From: Gammaproteobacteria bacterium
GTDB taxonomy: Bacteria; Pseudomonadota; Gammaproteobacteria; UBA12402
DNA: 64,000 bases
Assembly: GCA_050123375.1 (NCBI GenBank)
Contig: JASFHF010000002.1
Coordinates: 28,364-92,363, forward strand
Direction: 5' to 3'
Shown: positions 49,809-60,900 of the stretch, piece after piece
Numbering within the stretch: the first letter of the stretch is position 1
How the letters are laid out: each line of letters starts with the position of its first letter
Program-made: the position numbers and the translations under genes
The notes under the pieces: model-generated
What the model saw: the letters and a program-made list of their open reading frames with translations, nothing else
What the model was told of the DNA's origin: nothing
The model's database searches: none

Positions 49809-50562
49809 GAAGTTGGATTGGATAGTGGTACCTGGTGGTCCTGGGTTGTCAGCGAAATATTTAAAATGGGGATTAAGTGAGCCGTTCAAGGAATATAAAC
49901 TGCATTTTTATAATCCACTGGGTGCGCCGGATGCAGACGAAGATAGAATACCAAAAGTTAATGAATTAGTTGAACAGATTTTTGAAGTTGCCAAACAAAA
50001 AGAATTAAAAAGTTTTGGATTAATTACGCATTCTTTTGGTAATTATCTTGCCATGAGGGCGTTGCAAAAAAAACAGAATAAAATTAGCTCTATCATAATG
50101 ATAAGTCCGATGCCGTTCGTATATTCTAAATGGAAAAATGGACTTGCGCAAATTGCCAAGTCTATTCCCAAAAATGTTTTAGAAAAAATTCAGCAGCTTG
50201 CTAAAAAACAAAATAATGGTGCTGAAATATTTAAAGTTTTTTTTCCGTACTACGCATCAAAAACTGCTGCGTTACCTGATATTCCATTTAGCTTAAAAAC
50301 ATGTGATGCAATATCTGCTCAGGTTGATGAATATGACGATACAGAATTGCTAAAGTCTTGCAAATTGCCGTGGGTGTGTATTATAGGAGACAAAGATCCT
50401 TTGTTTGTTGAAAAAAAATTATTGCAAAATGATACTATTGTTGTTTTTGGAACTGGGCATTATCCGTTTTTTGAGGATCCTAAAAAATTTAATGATGCTG
50501 TGAAAAAAGTAGAGGAAAAATTATGTCAAAAACAAATAACAGTAACGCAAAACTCGTTTTAA
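49801..50562 (+). CDS. Alpha/beta hydrolase (proline iminopeptidase-like)
   Basis: PGGPG, THSFG, GDKD, GHYPF. Confidence 0.85.
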   Translation: MFRKLDWIVVPGGPGLSAKYLKWGLSEPFKEYKLHFYNPLGAPDADEDRIPKVNELVEQIFEVAKQKELKSFGLITHSFGNYLAMRALQKKQNKISSIIMISPMPFVYSKWKNGLAQIAKSIPKNVLEKIQQLAKKQNNGAEIFKVFFPYYASKTAALPDIPFSLKTCDAISAQVDEYDDTELLKSCKLPWVCIIGDKDPLFVEKKLLQNDTIVVFGTGHYPFFEDPKKFNDAVKKVEEKLCQKQITVTQNSF

Positions 50563-51014
50563 AATTACGCAATATTCGTAGAGAGAAAGGATTATCCATT
50601 CATGATTTAGCGAATAAAGCTGGTATTGGATATCAAAAAGTTGGCCGCGTGGAGCGTGGTGAAACACAAATTAGTGTTGAAATGTTACATCGATTGGCTA
50701 AAGTTTTAAACGTTCCATATTCTCAATTATTGGAAGAAGAAGGTGTAAAAAAACTGGAAAATGACTTAAGAGAAAAAAAAGCTAAGGAAACCAATGTTTA
50801 TATAATTCCAAGTATATATAAAGAAATTGAAAAACTATGCAAAAAGCACAGTATTTCGGTAGGAAGTTCTGTGAAGGTTCATATCGCCACAACTATCTTT
50901 AAGGTGATTCAAGATATTCACATAAATGAGAAAGATGAGGAAGAAATGGTAAAAGCTTTTTTTCAAGGATTTGATGCCATTTTTGAAAGATTTGTTGTGT
51001 CGCAAATGAACTAA
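50523..51014 (+). CDS. XRE-family HTH regulator
   Basis: LRNIRREKGLSIHDLANKAGIGYQKVGRVERGE..LHRLAKVLNV. Confidence 0.9.
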   Translation: MSKTNNSNAKLVLKLRNIRREKGLSIHDLANKAGIGYQKVGRVERGETQISVEMLHRLAKVLNVPYSQLLEEEGVKKLENDLREKKAKETNVYIIPSIYKEIEKLCKKHSISVGSSVKVHIATTIFKVIQDIHINEKDEEEMVKAFFQGFDAIFERFVVSQMN

Positions 51015-53568
51015 GTTGTTTTACCGCGACAATTTCATCCCAATCTTCCATAATTTGTTTTATTGCTAACCAGTTTTCTCCTTTGTAGCATAGTAATAAA
51101 GCTTGATTCATTATTTTTACGGCTTTATGTTCGTTCCCTTGATTAAGAGCTGCTATGGCAAGGTTTGCTTTAGTGTAAATTTGATATTCTGCGTTTCCAG
51201 CGGTGATTTTATCAGCAATTTCTAAATAATGATGGTAATTGTTTTTGTTACTAAAAATATAATGAGTTATTAGTGTATTTACAATTTGCATTTTAACGTA
51301 AGTATCAATTTCTTTATTGAATATTTTTTCTAATTTTACAAATTGTATTTGTTCTTTTTCATGTTTGTTAAATTTGTGATATGCATGCAAAAGATTGCGA
51401 TTTATTTCCAAATTTACGGCATCGTTTCCAGTAATGTACGCTAAATGTGTAGCCGTTTCGAGTGTTTTTATAGAATCTTTATAGAATCCGGCCTTCCACA
51501 ATATTTCTCCTATATTCCCATAGACTAAAGCCAGCCAAAATAGCTTGTTTGATTGTTTTGCTATGCTGACCGCATTTTTAAAGTTGATAACGCTGTCTGG
51601 TATATTGATTCCTCGTAGGCCTTGAATAGTTCCTAGCACACAATATGCAAGAAATACTGCTTTTCTTGGAGATAACTTGTTCGCAGCGTGTTCGATAACT
51701 TTAGTTAAATCTTTGGTTGCTTTTTCCCATTGACCTAAAAAGAAAAATCCAATGCCACGCCAACAGAACAAGTTTATTTTAATATCATGCGGTAATTTTT
51801 TTTCTAATAGTTGTGTAGATAGTTCTATACATTCTGGAAATTGTCCTTTCCACCAAGATATTTCAGCAAGCAAAGCTTGATGTTCTATGGGTAAATTATT
51901 TTTTTTTGTTTTAATCATAATGGCTGCTTCTTGAAATCTACTAATATCAATTAATATATTAGCAAGAAAAGTTTTAAGTTGTGCATTAATAGGTTCATTT
52001 TTCAGGTAATCAAATATTAGCAGTAAGAAATAGGTGTTTTGTCTGCCCTCTAATTTGTTTATTATATTTTTATACAATATATTTTCAGAAGGTTCAAATT
52101 TTGGCGCAAAAGAATTAATCACTAAAATATAATTTTGTACCGCCTTGAAATTCGATATATCTTTTTCCACCTCGGATTTCCAGTATTTGCAAGCAGCTTT
52201 TTTAAATGAAGCGATGTTTTGCTCTTTTACAGAATCGTAAATAGAATCATGAGGATAAAAAAATCCTTCGTGCAGCATTATCATGCCTCGTTGCTTTAAT
52301 TCTTCTACATTTTTATGTTTTACATCAAATGTTTTTTCAAATAGTTGTTGATTAATAAAGCCACCTGAAATTGCTACCGAAAACATAGTTGCTTGCATAG
52401 AAGAAGTCGATAAATTTTGTTTATTTTGATTTGCCTCATGATGAGGGATTTCTGATATAATTTGTAGTAGTTTGATGTAATTACCGCGGGAGTGCAATTT
52501 GCAATCTTTTCTGATTTTTTTGTCCATTATGTTCATGACATTTAATACCTCATCTATTTCTTCATCAGACATTTTAGGGAAATTGTATATAAATCCTTTT
52601 GACATAGTTTTGGTAGTGATTCTGGAAGATAGAATTTTTTGTATCGGAAGTTCTAATAAAAAATCCGTAAGTTTAGTTAAAGTTTTTTTATTAAGGTGAT
52701 CTATATGATCTATTAACAATAAATAATGAGGGTTCATTTGAGAAAAAAATCGCACATATCTTTCGGGATCTATGTCAATTGCTTTATATTTGTTATCTAC
52801 AGATGTCGTGGACATGCATTCGTTAATAAAGTTTAATACTATTTCGAAGGTTAAATTTGTAGAATTTGGTAAAGAAATATAAAAAATGTTTTTTTCCTTG
52901 TTATTCATTTGGCGCAAAAAATGACTTTTTCCAATACCAGATTCACCAAATACGAATAATAGGTCGTTTTTGTGATATAGATTATATTCTATGTTTTGCC
53001 TAATTCTGTGGTAACGTTGTAGTTGTTTGTTTTTTTTGTAAATAGAATGATATTTTTTAACTGTATCTGCTAGTAGTTTATCGGTGAATATACTTTTATT
53101 GGTTTTCGTGTCTTCAAAGGTTGTTAATTTATCGGGTGATATAACATGAACTTTTTTGCTAAATTTGTAATGAGGTGCAATATTGCAAGCATCAAGAACC
53201 AGTGTTATAGTTGATAAATTTTGCCGTTTTAGTGTTTGTATAAGCCACGAAAGTGACAAACCGCTGCTTGTGATATTGTTTGAATTTGTATCATATAAAT
53301 GCAAATAAGTTACATCTTTAATTAAACTGCCATGCCCTGAATAATATAAAATTATATTTTTTGTTTTATGGCGTAATTGTGTTATCTCATTTTTTATATA
53401 ATTAAAGTTTGCTTTTTCTCCAATGATAATTTTCGATGAATCACAAACGTTAAGAATGCTGAAAGTTCGTTCCACACGAAAACAATCGCTTGCACAATAG
53501 TCTAATTTTTTTATATTTCGATCTTTGTAGTTATTAGTGCCTATGCATATCAATGTAGTTTCGGTCAT
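50899..53568 (-). CDS. Caspase-like (C14) domain - STAND-type NTPase - TPR protein
   Basis: IGTNNY, YYSGHG, LDAC; GESGIGKS, LLLIDHID, SSR, SRGN, YPHD; C-terminal TPR-like helices. Confidence 0.8.
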   Translation of the reverse strand: MTETTLICIGTNNYKDRNIKKLDYCASDCFRVERTFSILNVCDSSKIIIGEKANFNYIKNEITQLRHKTKNIILYYSGHGSLIKDVTYLHLYDTNSNNITSSGLSLSWLIQTLKRQNLSTITLVLDACNIAPHYKFSKKVHVISPDKLTTFEDTKTNKSIFTDKLLADTVKKYHSIYKKNKQLQRYHRIRQNIEYNLYHKNDLLFVFGESGIGKSHFLRQMNNKEKNIFYISLPNSTNLTFEIVLNFINECMSTTSVDNKYKAIDIDPERYVRFFSQMNPHYLLLIDHIDHLNKKTLTKLTDFLLELPIQKILSSRITTKTMSKGFIYNFPKMSDEEIDEVLNVMNIMDKKIRKDCKLHSRGNYIKLLQIISEIPHHEANQNKQNLSTSSMQATMFSVAISGGFINQQLFEKTFDVKHKNVEELKQRGMIMLHEGFFYPHDSIYDSVKEQNIASFKKAACKYWKSEVEKDISNFKAVQNYILVINSFAPKFEPSENILYKNIINKLEGRQNTYFLLLIFDYLKNEPINAQLKTFLANILIDISRFQEAAIMIKTKKNNLPIEHQALLAEISWWKGQFPECIELSTQLLEKKLPHDIKINLFCWRGIGFFFLGQWEKATKDLTKVIEHAANKLSPRKAVFLAYCVLGTIQGLRGINIPDSVINFKNAVSIAKQSNKLFWLALVYGNIGEILWKAGFYKDSIKTLETATHLAYITGNDAVNLEINRNLLHAYHKFNKHEKEQIQFVKLEKIFNKEIDTYVKMQIVNTLITHYIFSNKNNYHHYLEIADKITAGNAEYQIYTKANLAIAALNQGNEHKAVKIMNQALLLCYKGENWLAIKQIMEDWDEIVAVKQLSSFATQQIFQKWHQILEKKLLPFLPHLSHLCEYLESP

Positions 53569-53879
53569 TTTTTTAATAAAACCCTAGCTTGTCTGTGGGT
53601 GAAATATGAACAAAAAATAATTTTATGTAATAGTATAATGAATTTATAGTTAATTATGAATCAAATATTAAAAAAATAGTTGCCTTAATTATCAAATTTT
53701 GATAAATTATCATTATTTAATAATAATTAGAATATTATTTGTGCAGATTCGAAAAAAATAAAATTTAACTTTTAAAAAGGCCAATAAATGCACAAGATCT
53801 ATTGGCCTAGTAACGAAAACACATTACGGATAATGACATTTTCGCGTAAAAATTATAACAAAAAAGTGCGAAATGTTAT

Positions 53880-54233
53880 TTGTTTCAAATGAAATTGAGG
53901 CAAAATGACATGAATAAGGTTAATTCAGAAAATTGTACGCATGATTCGCTTGGTTATTGCAAGAAAGCATTAGGATATGCACGGCTTCTTTCTTTTAGAT
54001 ATCATGATTTGCGGTTAACTAGACGTAAAACTCAGTGTTTAGCTTGCTTTATCTTAGATATGACAATAAGACAAATTTCTAAGGTGTTATCTGTTTTTCC
54101 TAGAACGATCCAGGATTATATTTCGCTTATAAAATCCAGATTTGATTGTAAATACAGATATCAAGTTACTATCACAGCTTTATTGAGTGGATTTCCTATT
54201 TGTAAATTTTTGTCAATTGATTATGAGGAATAG
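53880..54233 (+). CDS. Degenerate LuxR-type HTH protein
   Basis: LTRRKTQCL..MTIRQISKVL..PRTIQDYISLIKSRFDC; start uncertain. Confidence 0.6.
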   Translation: MFQMKLRQNDMNKVNSENCTHDSLGYCKKALGYARLLSFRYHDLRLTRRKTQCLACFILDMTIRQISKVLSVFPRTIQDYISLIKSRFDCKYRYQVTITALLSGFPICKFLSIDYEE

Positions 54234-54236
54234 CAT

Positions 54237-54458
54237 ATGTTAATTTTAACTAGAAAAAATGCAGAGAAGGTTATTATTGATGATTGTATTGAAGTCCATG
54301 TTATTAGAAGTGCAAATGGATGTGTAAAGCTAGGTTTTAAAGCGCCGAGCAATGTAAAAATATATAGGGAAGAAATTTATACTAAACAACTTAGTTGCAG
54401 TCAAAAAATAGATTTTGTAGGTGCGCAGCAACCAGCTCCTAATGGTTTGGTGCGATGA
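54237..54458 (+). CDS. csrA: Carbon storage regulator CsrA paralogue
   Basis: MLILTRK..EKVII.D.IEVHV..VKLGFKAP..VKIYREEIY. Confidence 0.88.
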   Translation: MLILTRKNAEKVIIDDCIEVHVIRSANGCVKLGFKAPSNVKIYREEIYTKQLSCSQKIDFVGAQQPAPNGLVR

Positions 54459-54487
54459 TTTTATTTAATTAAATTGGAGGTGTGTTT

Positions 54488-55090
54488 ATGGTCAAGAAAA
54501 TTTTTGTTAGTTTCGTTATTTTGTTTGGGTTGTTAATTTCTATTGCAGTTTATGCAAGTAAGGTTTGTCATTATTTGCCTGGGGTGGTTGTCTGTGGAAA
54601 AGGAAGTGTTCACAATGTATTAGCGGCGGGATACGCTAATTTGAATGGTACTACGGTTACTAATAGTATTAAAGTTGGCGGTTATCTTAGCGCTAAAAAC
54701 AGCAATCTAAATTTAGTAGCTTGTGGCGGGGGTGTGGATATAGATAAAAGTAATATTACAGGTAGTGTAGGTTTTGCGGGTGCAGCAATTCTTAACAAAG
54801 TTTCAATTAATGGTAAATGCAGTGAATTAGGCTTGCTAGTGGCTAAAGATGCTGATTTTGCTAATACAATTGAAATTACTGGTGAGATTACGCATTTTCA
54901 GCATTCCAAAACCGTAGCTATTCTTGTGCATCCGAGCGAGCATCCGCAAGAAAAAATTTATTTGGAAGATCAAACGGTCGTAAATGGCAATATTACTTTT
55001 GAAAGTGGTAATGGCATTGTTGTAAAAAGCGCTGATTCAACAATTCTAGGAAATGTAATAGGCGGTAAGATAATACCGGCAGAAAATTAA
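54488..55090 (+). CDS. Secreted hypothetical protein, beta-helix-like repeats
   Basis: Signal peptide then G/N/V-rich repeats; GGAGG RBS. Confidence 0.7.
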   Translation: MVKKIFVSFVILFGLLISIAVYASKVCHYLPGVVVCGKGSVHNVLAAGYANLNGTTVTNSIKVGGYLSAKNSNLNLVACGGGVDIDKSNITGSVGFAGAAILNKVSINGKCSELGLLVAKDADFANTIEITGEITHFQHSKTVAILVHPSEHPQEKIYLEDQTVVNGNITFESGNGIVVKSADSTILGNVIGGKIIPAEN

Positions 55091-55184
55091 AAAGAATTCA
55101 GGAGAATGACGAGCCTACGGAGGGCGAAACAAGGTGTTCGTGCGAACGAATGAATATTAATCGAAAATTGAAGAGGTATATGTC

Positions 55185-55253
55185 ATGAATATGATCGACA
55201 TACTTATCGAAGGCAATGACGCGTCTGCTTTATTCGGATGTGTTGGCGCATAA
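55185..55253 (+). CDS. 22-aa candidate RiPP precursor MNMIDILIEGNDASALFGCVGA
   Basis: AAGAGG RBS 8 nt upstream; directly precedes rSAM/SPASM gene; below ORF-track cutoff. Confidence 0.6.
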   Translation: MNMIDILIEGNDASALFGCVGA

Positions 55254-55346
55254 TCAAATAATAATAAAATATAAGTTCCAAACATCTCTTGTTGCTTTGC
55301 GCTAGAGGTGTTTGGACAATTATCAAATATATTGTTGAGGGTTAGC

Positions 55347-56675
55347 ATGGATAATTTAAAAACCAAATTAGCTGATTATATTTTATTAAGAGAAGAAGGA
55401 CAAAATATTATTTTATTTAATCAGTATAATGATGCTACAGTTAAAATTACCGCTGATTTATATAAAAAAATCAAAAAGGGTTATTTAAAAGATACTGAAG
55501 AAAACAAAAAAATAATTTATATTTTGCATCAAAATCGTTTATTAGATTGGGAGCAAAGCTATACATCAACGTCAGAAAAACCGCAACAATCTCAACAACG
55601 TACATTTTATTCTCCAATAATGCGATTACGCAGTGAAATAAATCCAATTAATGTTTTGTGGGCAATCACCTCAAAATGCAATTTAAGATGTTTATATTGT
55701 TTTCCTGATGTTAAGAACGTACAACAGGCTTTTATTTCCTTATCCTTAGAGGAGATTGATCAAATTACAGATCAAATTATTCAGTCGCAGGCTTTGCAAG
55801 TATTTATTAGTGGAGGTGAGCCTTTATTGGAGGCTGAGAAAGTTTGGAGAATTATCGAAAAGTTGTATAAACACAATGTAAAAAGCGGTGTTTTAAATAA
55901 TGGCACAATGATTAATGCGGGTATTATAGAGAAATTAAAATCTTATAATACAATTGTTGGTATTAGTTTGGATGCGCATAATGAAGAAATTAATTCGATA
56001 ACTAGAGGCAAAGGCGCTTTTGATAAAACAGTAAAAGGCGTTAAACTGTTAAAACAGGCTGATATTCGTACCAGTGTTCTTATTACATTAAGTAAATATA
56101 ATTTTGATTCTTTAGAGGCGCATATAAAATTTCTTTGTGATGATATGGGAATAAATAGTATTGTTATACAGGATTTAAGGCCGTTCGGAAGTAAAATTGA
56201 TTATGATAAAGCTCGTTTAACTATGACACAAGAGAATAAACTTTATGATAAAGTAATGAAGATAACGAATAGATACTCAAATGTTGATTTTAATCTTACG
56301 GAATTATTTTTATTTCCGCACTCAAAATACAAAACCAAAAAGAGCGGGAAGATTATGCAATGTCCTGCAGGATACAATTTTGCATATATAGATTTTTATG
56401 GTGATATGTATCCATGTACTCAATTGCCCACCATGAAGTTAGGCAACGTGTTGCAGGATGGAACGATTACAGAGTTATGGCGTTCTTCAAAAAACATGCA
56501 AAAATTAAGAACATTAAAGACGGAAAGCATTTGCAAAATTGATGGTTGTGCGGATTGTTCTCTTAATGAATTTTGTGATGGTGGGTGTAGGGGTGAGGCT
56601 GTTTTTTCTGGCAGAGGTTTATACGGCAGTGCCTCTCGTTGTCCCAAGGTAATGGGAATAGATATTAAGATATGA
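55347..56675 (+). CDS. Radical SAM/SPASM peptide maturase-like enzyme with N-terminal extension
   Basis: CNLRCLYC, SGGEPL; SPASM CPAG..YPC..CADC..FCDGGC..RCP. Confidence 0.92.
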   Translation: MDNLKTKLADYILLREEGQNIILFNQYNDATVKITADLYKKIKKGYLKDTEENKKIIYILHQNRLLDWEQSYTSTSEKPQQSQQRTFYSPIMRLRSEINPINVLWAITSKCNLRCLYCFPDVKNVQQAFISLSLEEIDQITDQIIQSQALQVFISGGEPLLEAEKVWRIIEKLYKHNVKSGVLNNGTMINAGIIEKLKSYNTIVGISLDAHNEEINSITRGKGAFDKTVKGVKLLKQADIRTSVLITLSKYNFDSLEAHIKFLCDDMGINSIVIQDLRPFGSKIDYDKARLTMTQENKLYDKVMKITNRYSNVDFNLTELFLFPHSKYKTKKSGKIMQCPAGYNFAYIDFYGDMYPCTQLPTMKLGNVLQDGTITELWRSSKNMQKLRTLKTESICKIDGCADCSLNEFCDGGCRGEAVFSGRGLYGSASRCPKVMGIDIKI

Positions 56676-57940
56676 AAGATTCTATAATACAAAGGCGGCA
56701 ACTATTAGTACTTATCATTATTATAATGATTGGGGTTTTATCGCAGTTTGCTACTGATAATTATACTCCTTCTCTTCCAAGCATCGCGGCAAGTTTGCAT
56801 ACAAATAATGCGTTGATAAAGTTATCAATTGGAATCTATTTTTTAAGTATGGGAATTTCTCAAATATTTTATGGAATTTTGGGTGATATTTATGGAAGAA
56901 AACCATTAATATTATTTGGATTAATAATTTTTTTATTATCTAGTTTTGTGGTATCTATTTCTTCAACAGCAGAGTGTTTTATTTTTGCGCGTTTACTTCA
57001 AGGTATTGGAATGGGCGCTCCAGTCGCTTTATATCGTGCAATTTTACGTGATATATCTTTTGGCAAGCAGTTTGCAAAATTTTGTTCATATTTAATGATG
57101 TTTATTTCAGTGGCGCCAATTATAGCACCGATTACTGGTGGTTATATTCAAGCTTTTTGGGGTTGGCGGGCAAATTTTTTCTTGTTAGTTATACTTGCAA
57201 GCATTGTGAGTTTCTTTGTTAAGTGCTGGTTGCCAGAGACTTTAATTACAAATAAAATACGAGATTTTTCTGCATTTAATGTCATTGGTATTTATCGGAA
57301 ATTATTATCAAATAAAATTTTTATCATATGTGCGCTTGCTTCAAGTTTAGCATTATCAGCACGTATTATATACATAATTATATCAGCATTTTTATTTCAA
57401 AATATTTTACATGTAACGCCAGTAGTTTATGGCTGGCTTATTTTTCTTGCTGCATTAATGCCAATTTTTAGCGGTGCGTTAAATGCTCAGTTAGTTGAAA
57501 AGATGGGTGTTAATAAGATGCTTATCATCGGCGGAATTATCATGTTGTGTGGTAGTTTAATATTATTATTTTATGGACTAACTTTTAAGTTATCTGTCAG
57601 TGTTATTTTATTGCCAGTAATGTTAGTTTTATTTGGTGCTAGTATAGTATTTGTAAATTTTACCGCGTTGGCTTTTAGTCATATATCAAAATTTGCTGGC
57701 ACAGCTGGGTCGTTTTATAGTGGTATTCAAATTATTATTTTATCATTGGCAACCATTTTAGTTGCTTATATCCCTAACAATAATCAAATGCCAATGACGA
57801 TTTTAATTTTGTTTTGCAGCATACTAATTGTTTTAAGTATTTTTATGATTATGAAAATGACAGCTAGGCATAGTGTGCTTGATGAAAATTTTGATAAGAA
57901 AGCACGCAAAAATCTTTATTTATTAGATGGGAAATGTTAA
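56672..57940 (+). CDS. Bcr/CflA family MFS transporter
   Basis: DNYTPSLP, GDIYGRK, LPET; ATGA overlap with rSAM stop. Confidence 0.9.
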   Translation: MKDSIIQRRQLLVLIIIIMIGVLSQFATDNYTPSLPSIAASLHTNNALIKLSIGIYFLSMGISQIFYGILGDIYGRKPLILFGLIIFLLSSFVVSISSTAECFIFARLLQGIGMGAPVALYRAILRDISFGKQFAKFCSYLMMFISVAPIIAPITGGYIQAFWGWRANFFLLVILASIVSFFVKCWLPETLITNKIRDFSAFNVIGIYRKLLSNKIFIICALASSLALSARIIYIIISAFLFQNILHVTPVVYGWLIFLAALMPIFSGALNAQLVEKMGVNKMLIIGGIIMLCGSLILLFYGLTFKLSVSVILLPVMLVLFGASIVFVNFTALAFSHISKFAGTAGSFYSGIQIIILSLATILVAYIPNNNQMPMTILILFCSILIVLSIFMIMKMTARHSVLDENFDKKARKNLYLLDGKC

Positions 57941-57976
57941 ATTATGTCATGTCATTTTTCAAGATAATTAAGCACT

Positions 57977-60900
57977 ATGATTACTGAAGTTTTTATTCGT
58001 AGGCCGATTTTTACTATAGTGATAAGTTTAGTTATTCTTTTAGCTGGATTGCTTGCTTATCTTAATTTATCAGTTCGTTTATATCCTAAAGTAAATACTG
58101 CAGTTATAACTGTTTATGTCAGTTATCCTGGTGCGGATGCGGCATTGATGGAAGGGGCTGTTACCACTCCTATTGAAAATGCTTTAGGCAGTGTTGAAGG
58201 TTTAGATTATATTACTTCGGCAAGTCGTCAAGGATATTGTTATGCTTCGTTGCATCTTAAATTGGATTACGATATCAATACAGCACTAAATGAAGTTAAT
58301 GCTAAATTGGCTGCTGTTCGTGATGAATTGCCAATAGAGGTTCATGACCCACAAATAATGAAAGAGGATCCTGATGCGCGGCCTATTATGTTTTTAAATT
58401 TTGCAAGTAACACTTTAGCAACGATAAAAATAGCAAATTACTTATATAGAGTAGTGCAGCCTCAATTGCAAACCATTTCTGGAGTATCTACTGTTAATAT
58501 TTTTAGTTCGGATTATGCAATGCGAATTTGGCTTAATCCTTATTTAATGGCAGCTCACGATGTTACGCCTTGGGATATAGAAAATGTTTTTTCTAAAAAT
58601 AACTTACAAATTCCAGGAGGGCAGTTGGAAAATTCATCCCAGCTCATTAATGTTAAAACTATTAGTGATCTTAACACTGCTGCACAATTTAATAATATAA
58701 TATTAAAAAGTGAAAATGGGAATTTAGTCCGTTTAAATGATATTGGTAAAACAGAGCTAGGCGCTCAGAATAATACTATTATAACTTATGTAAACGGAAA
58801 GCCTTCAGTCCCTGTTGGAATTATTCCTGCATCGAACGCTAATTATTTATTTGTAGCTAAAGATGTAAAATTATTATTATCTCGTTTAGTAAAAAACTTA
58901 CCCACTGGCATTTCTGCTTCAATATTTTGGGATAATACTAAATTTATTTATGCTTCTATTAAAGAAATTAAAATTGCAATTTTTGAAGCGGCAATTTGTG
59001 TTATTTTAGTTATTTTTATGTTTATTGGTTCATGGCGTATTTTATTAATTCCAGTAATGTCCATTCCGCTTTCTTTAATTGGTATTTGCGCGGTGATGTA
59101 TTTAATGAATTATAGTTTGAATACCATGACATTTTTAGCATTTGTACTGGCCATAGGAATGGTTGTTGATGATGCAATTGTTGTTTCAGAAAACATACAT
59201 CGGCATATAGTAAGCGGCAAAGATCCAATGAATGCCGCTATTTTGGGTTCTAAAGAAATTCAATTTGCTATCATTGCCATGACTTTGACTTTAGCTGCGG
59301 TATATATTCCTATTGCTTTTTTACATGGATTAATTGGTGCACTATTCAAAGAATTTGCATTTACTTTAGCTGGTGCTGTTATCATTTCTGGTTTTGTTGC
59401 ACTTACGCTTTTGCCCATGATGTGTTCTAAAATAATGACGAAGAATGATGTAAATAATTATTTGCCGGCTAAAATTAATCAATTTTCGGAAAGAATTATA
59501 AGTTTTTATGAAAATATGCTAATAAAAATTTTATACATGAGAAGGTTGGTAATTTTTATTTTACCTATAATTATCGTTGGTTGTATATTATTTTATCATT
59601 TTATTCCTAGAGAGCTTGCACCCAAAGAAGATACTGGTACCATAGTTACCTTTGCGTATACGCCAACTTCAGCGAATATAAATTATACCGCTAAATATAC
59701 TAAACTTTTAGAGCCTATTTTTAAGAAAGTTCCTGAAGTGGAAAATTACGTTATTGTAAATGGTGATGGTGGTAACGCAAATACTGCTTTTGCTTTATTA
59801 GATTTCAAGCCGTGGAGCAAGAGAAAACGAACAAGTGATGAAATCATTAAGTCTATGTCATCAGTGATGATGGCAATACCAGAAATTATAGCACAGCCAA
59901 CTAATCCATCTGAAATTCCAGGGGCAAGCTCTTGGAAAGGGTCAGTTAATATTGAATTACAGACTACTGGTAATTATTTGGAGTTAAACAATATTTTACA
60001 AAAATTTTTACGGGCAGCACATGACAATAAGTTTTTAGTTAATTTGAATACAAATTTGAAGCTTGATCAGAGGCAAGACAATATTTTAATTGACAGAATA
60101 AAAGCTGCTGATATGGGAATATCAATAAAAGATATAGGATATGCAGTTAACTTGGCTATGGGACAGCCAACCGTAAGTCACTTTAACATGTTTGGTCGTA
60201 ATTATGATATTGTTCCTCAACTTTTGCCGCAGTTTAGAAAATCTGACGTTGCAATTAATTCTTTACAGTTACGCACAAATGGTGGCAATTTAGTTCCATT
60301 GTCTAATTTAATTAAGATTCAGAAAACTATTAGTCCGCAAAGCTTAAATCATTTTCAGCAATTGCGTTCAGCTTCGATAACAGCGGGACTTGCTCCGGGA
60401 TATACTTTAGGTGAAGCATTGAAGTTTTTTCAAAAGTTGTCGAAAAAAATATTACCACAGGATATGCAAATTAATTATAGCGGTGAATCGCGTTTATATT
60501 TTCAATCTAGCAGCCAAATACATATTTTATTTATTTTTTCTGTTTTGGTCATTTTTTTGGTACTGGCAGCTCAATTTGAAAGTTTTCGTAATCCATTTAT
60601 AGTGTTACTTGCTGTTCCGTTTTCATTATTTGGTGCATTGCTGATTATGTTCTTGACTGGTTGTACATTGAATATATATTCTGAAATTGGAATAATTACT
60701 TTAGTTGGATTGATAAGCAAGCATGGGATTTTAATGGTAGAATTTGCTAACCAACTTCAGTTTAAAGGTAAAGACGTTAAGGGTGCTATCATCACTGCAG
60801 CTTTGATTAGATTAAGGCCAATTTTGATGACTACAGCAGCGATGGTTTTAGGGGCAATACCTTTAGTGTTTGCTAATGGTGCTGGCGCTAATAGTCGACG

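Noticed and set aside
55106-55153. 15-aa ORF MTSLRRAKQGVRANE as alternative precursor
   Set aside because: AGGAG is only about 1 nt from the ATG; the stretch is better explained as a GGA-hairpin leader
55157-55366. 69-aa minus-strand ORF in the track
   Set aside because: Antisense to the operon; the plus-strand 22-aa ORF has the RBS and context
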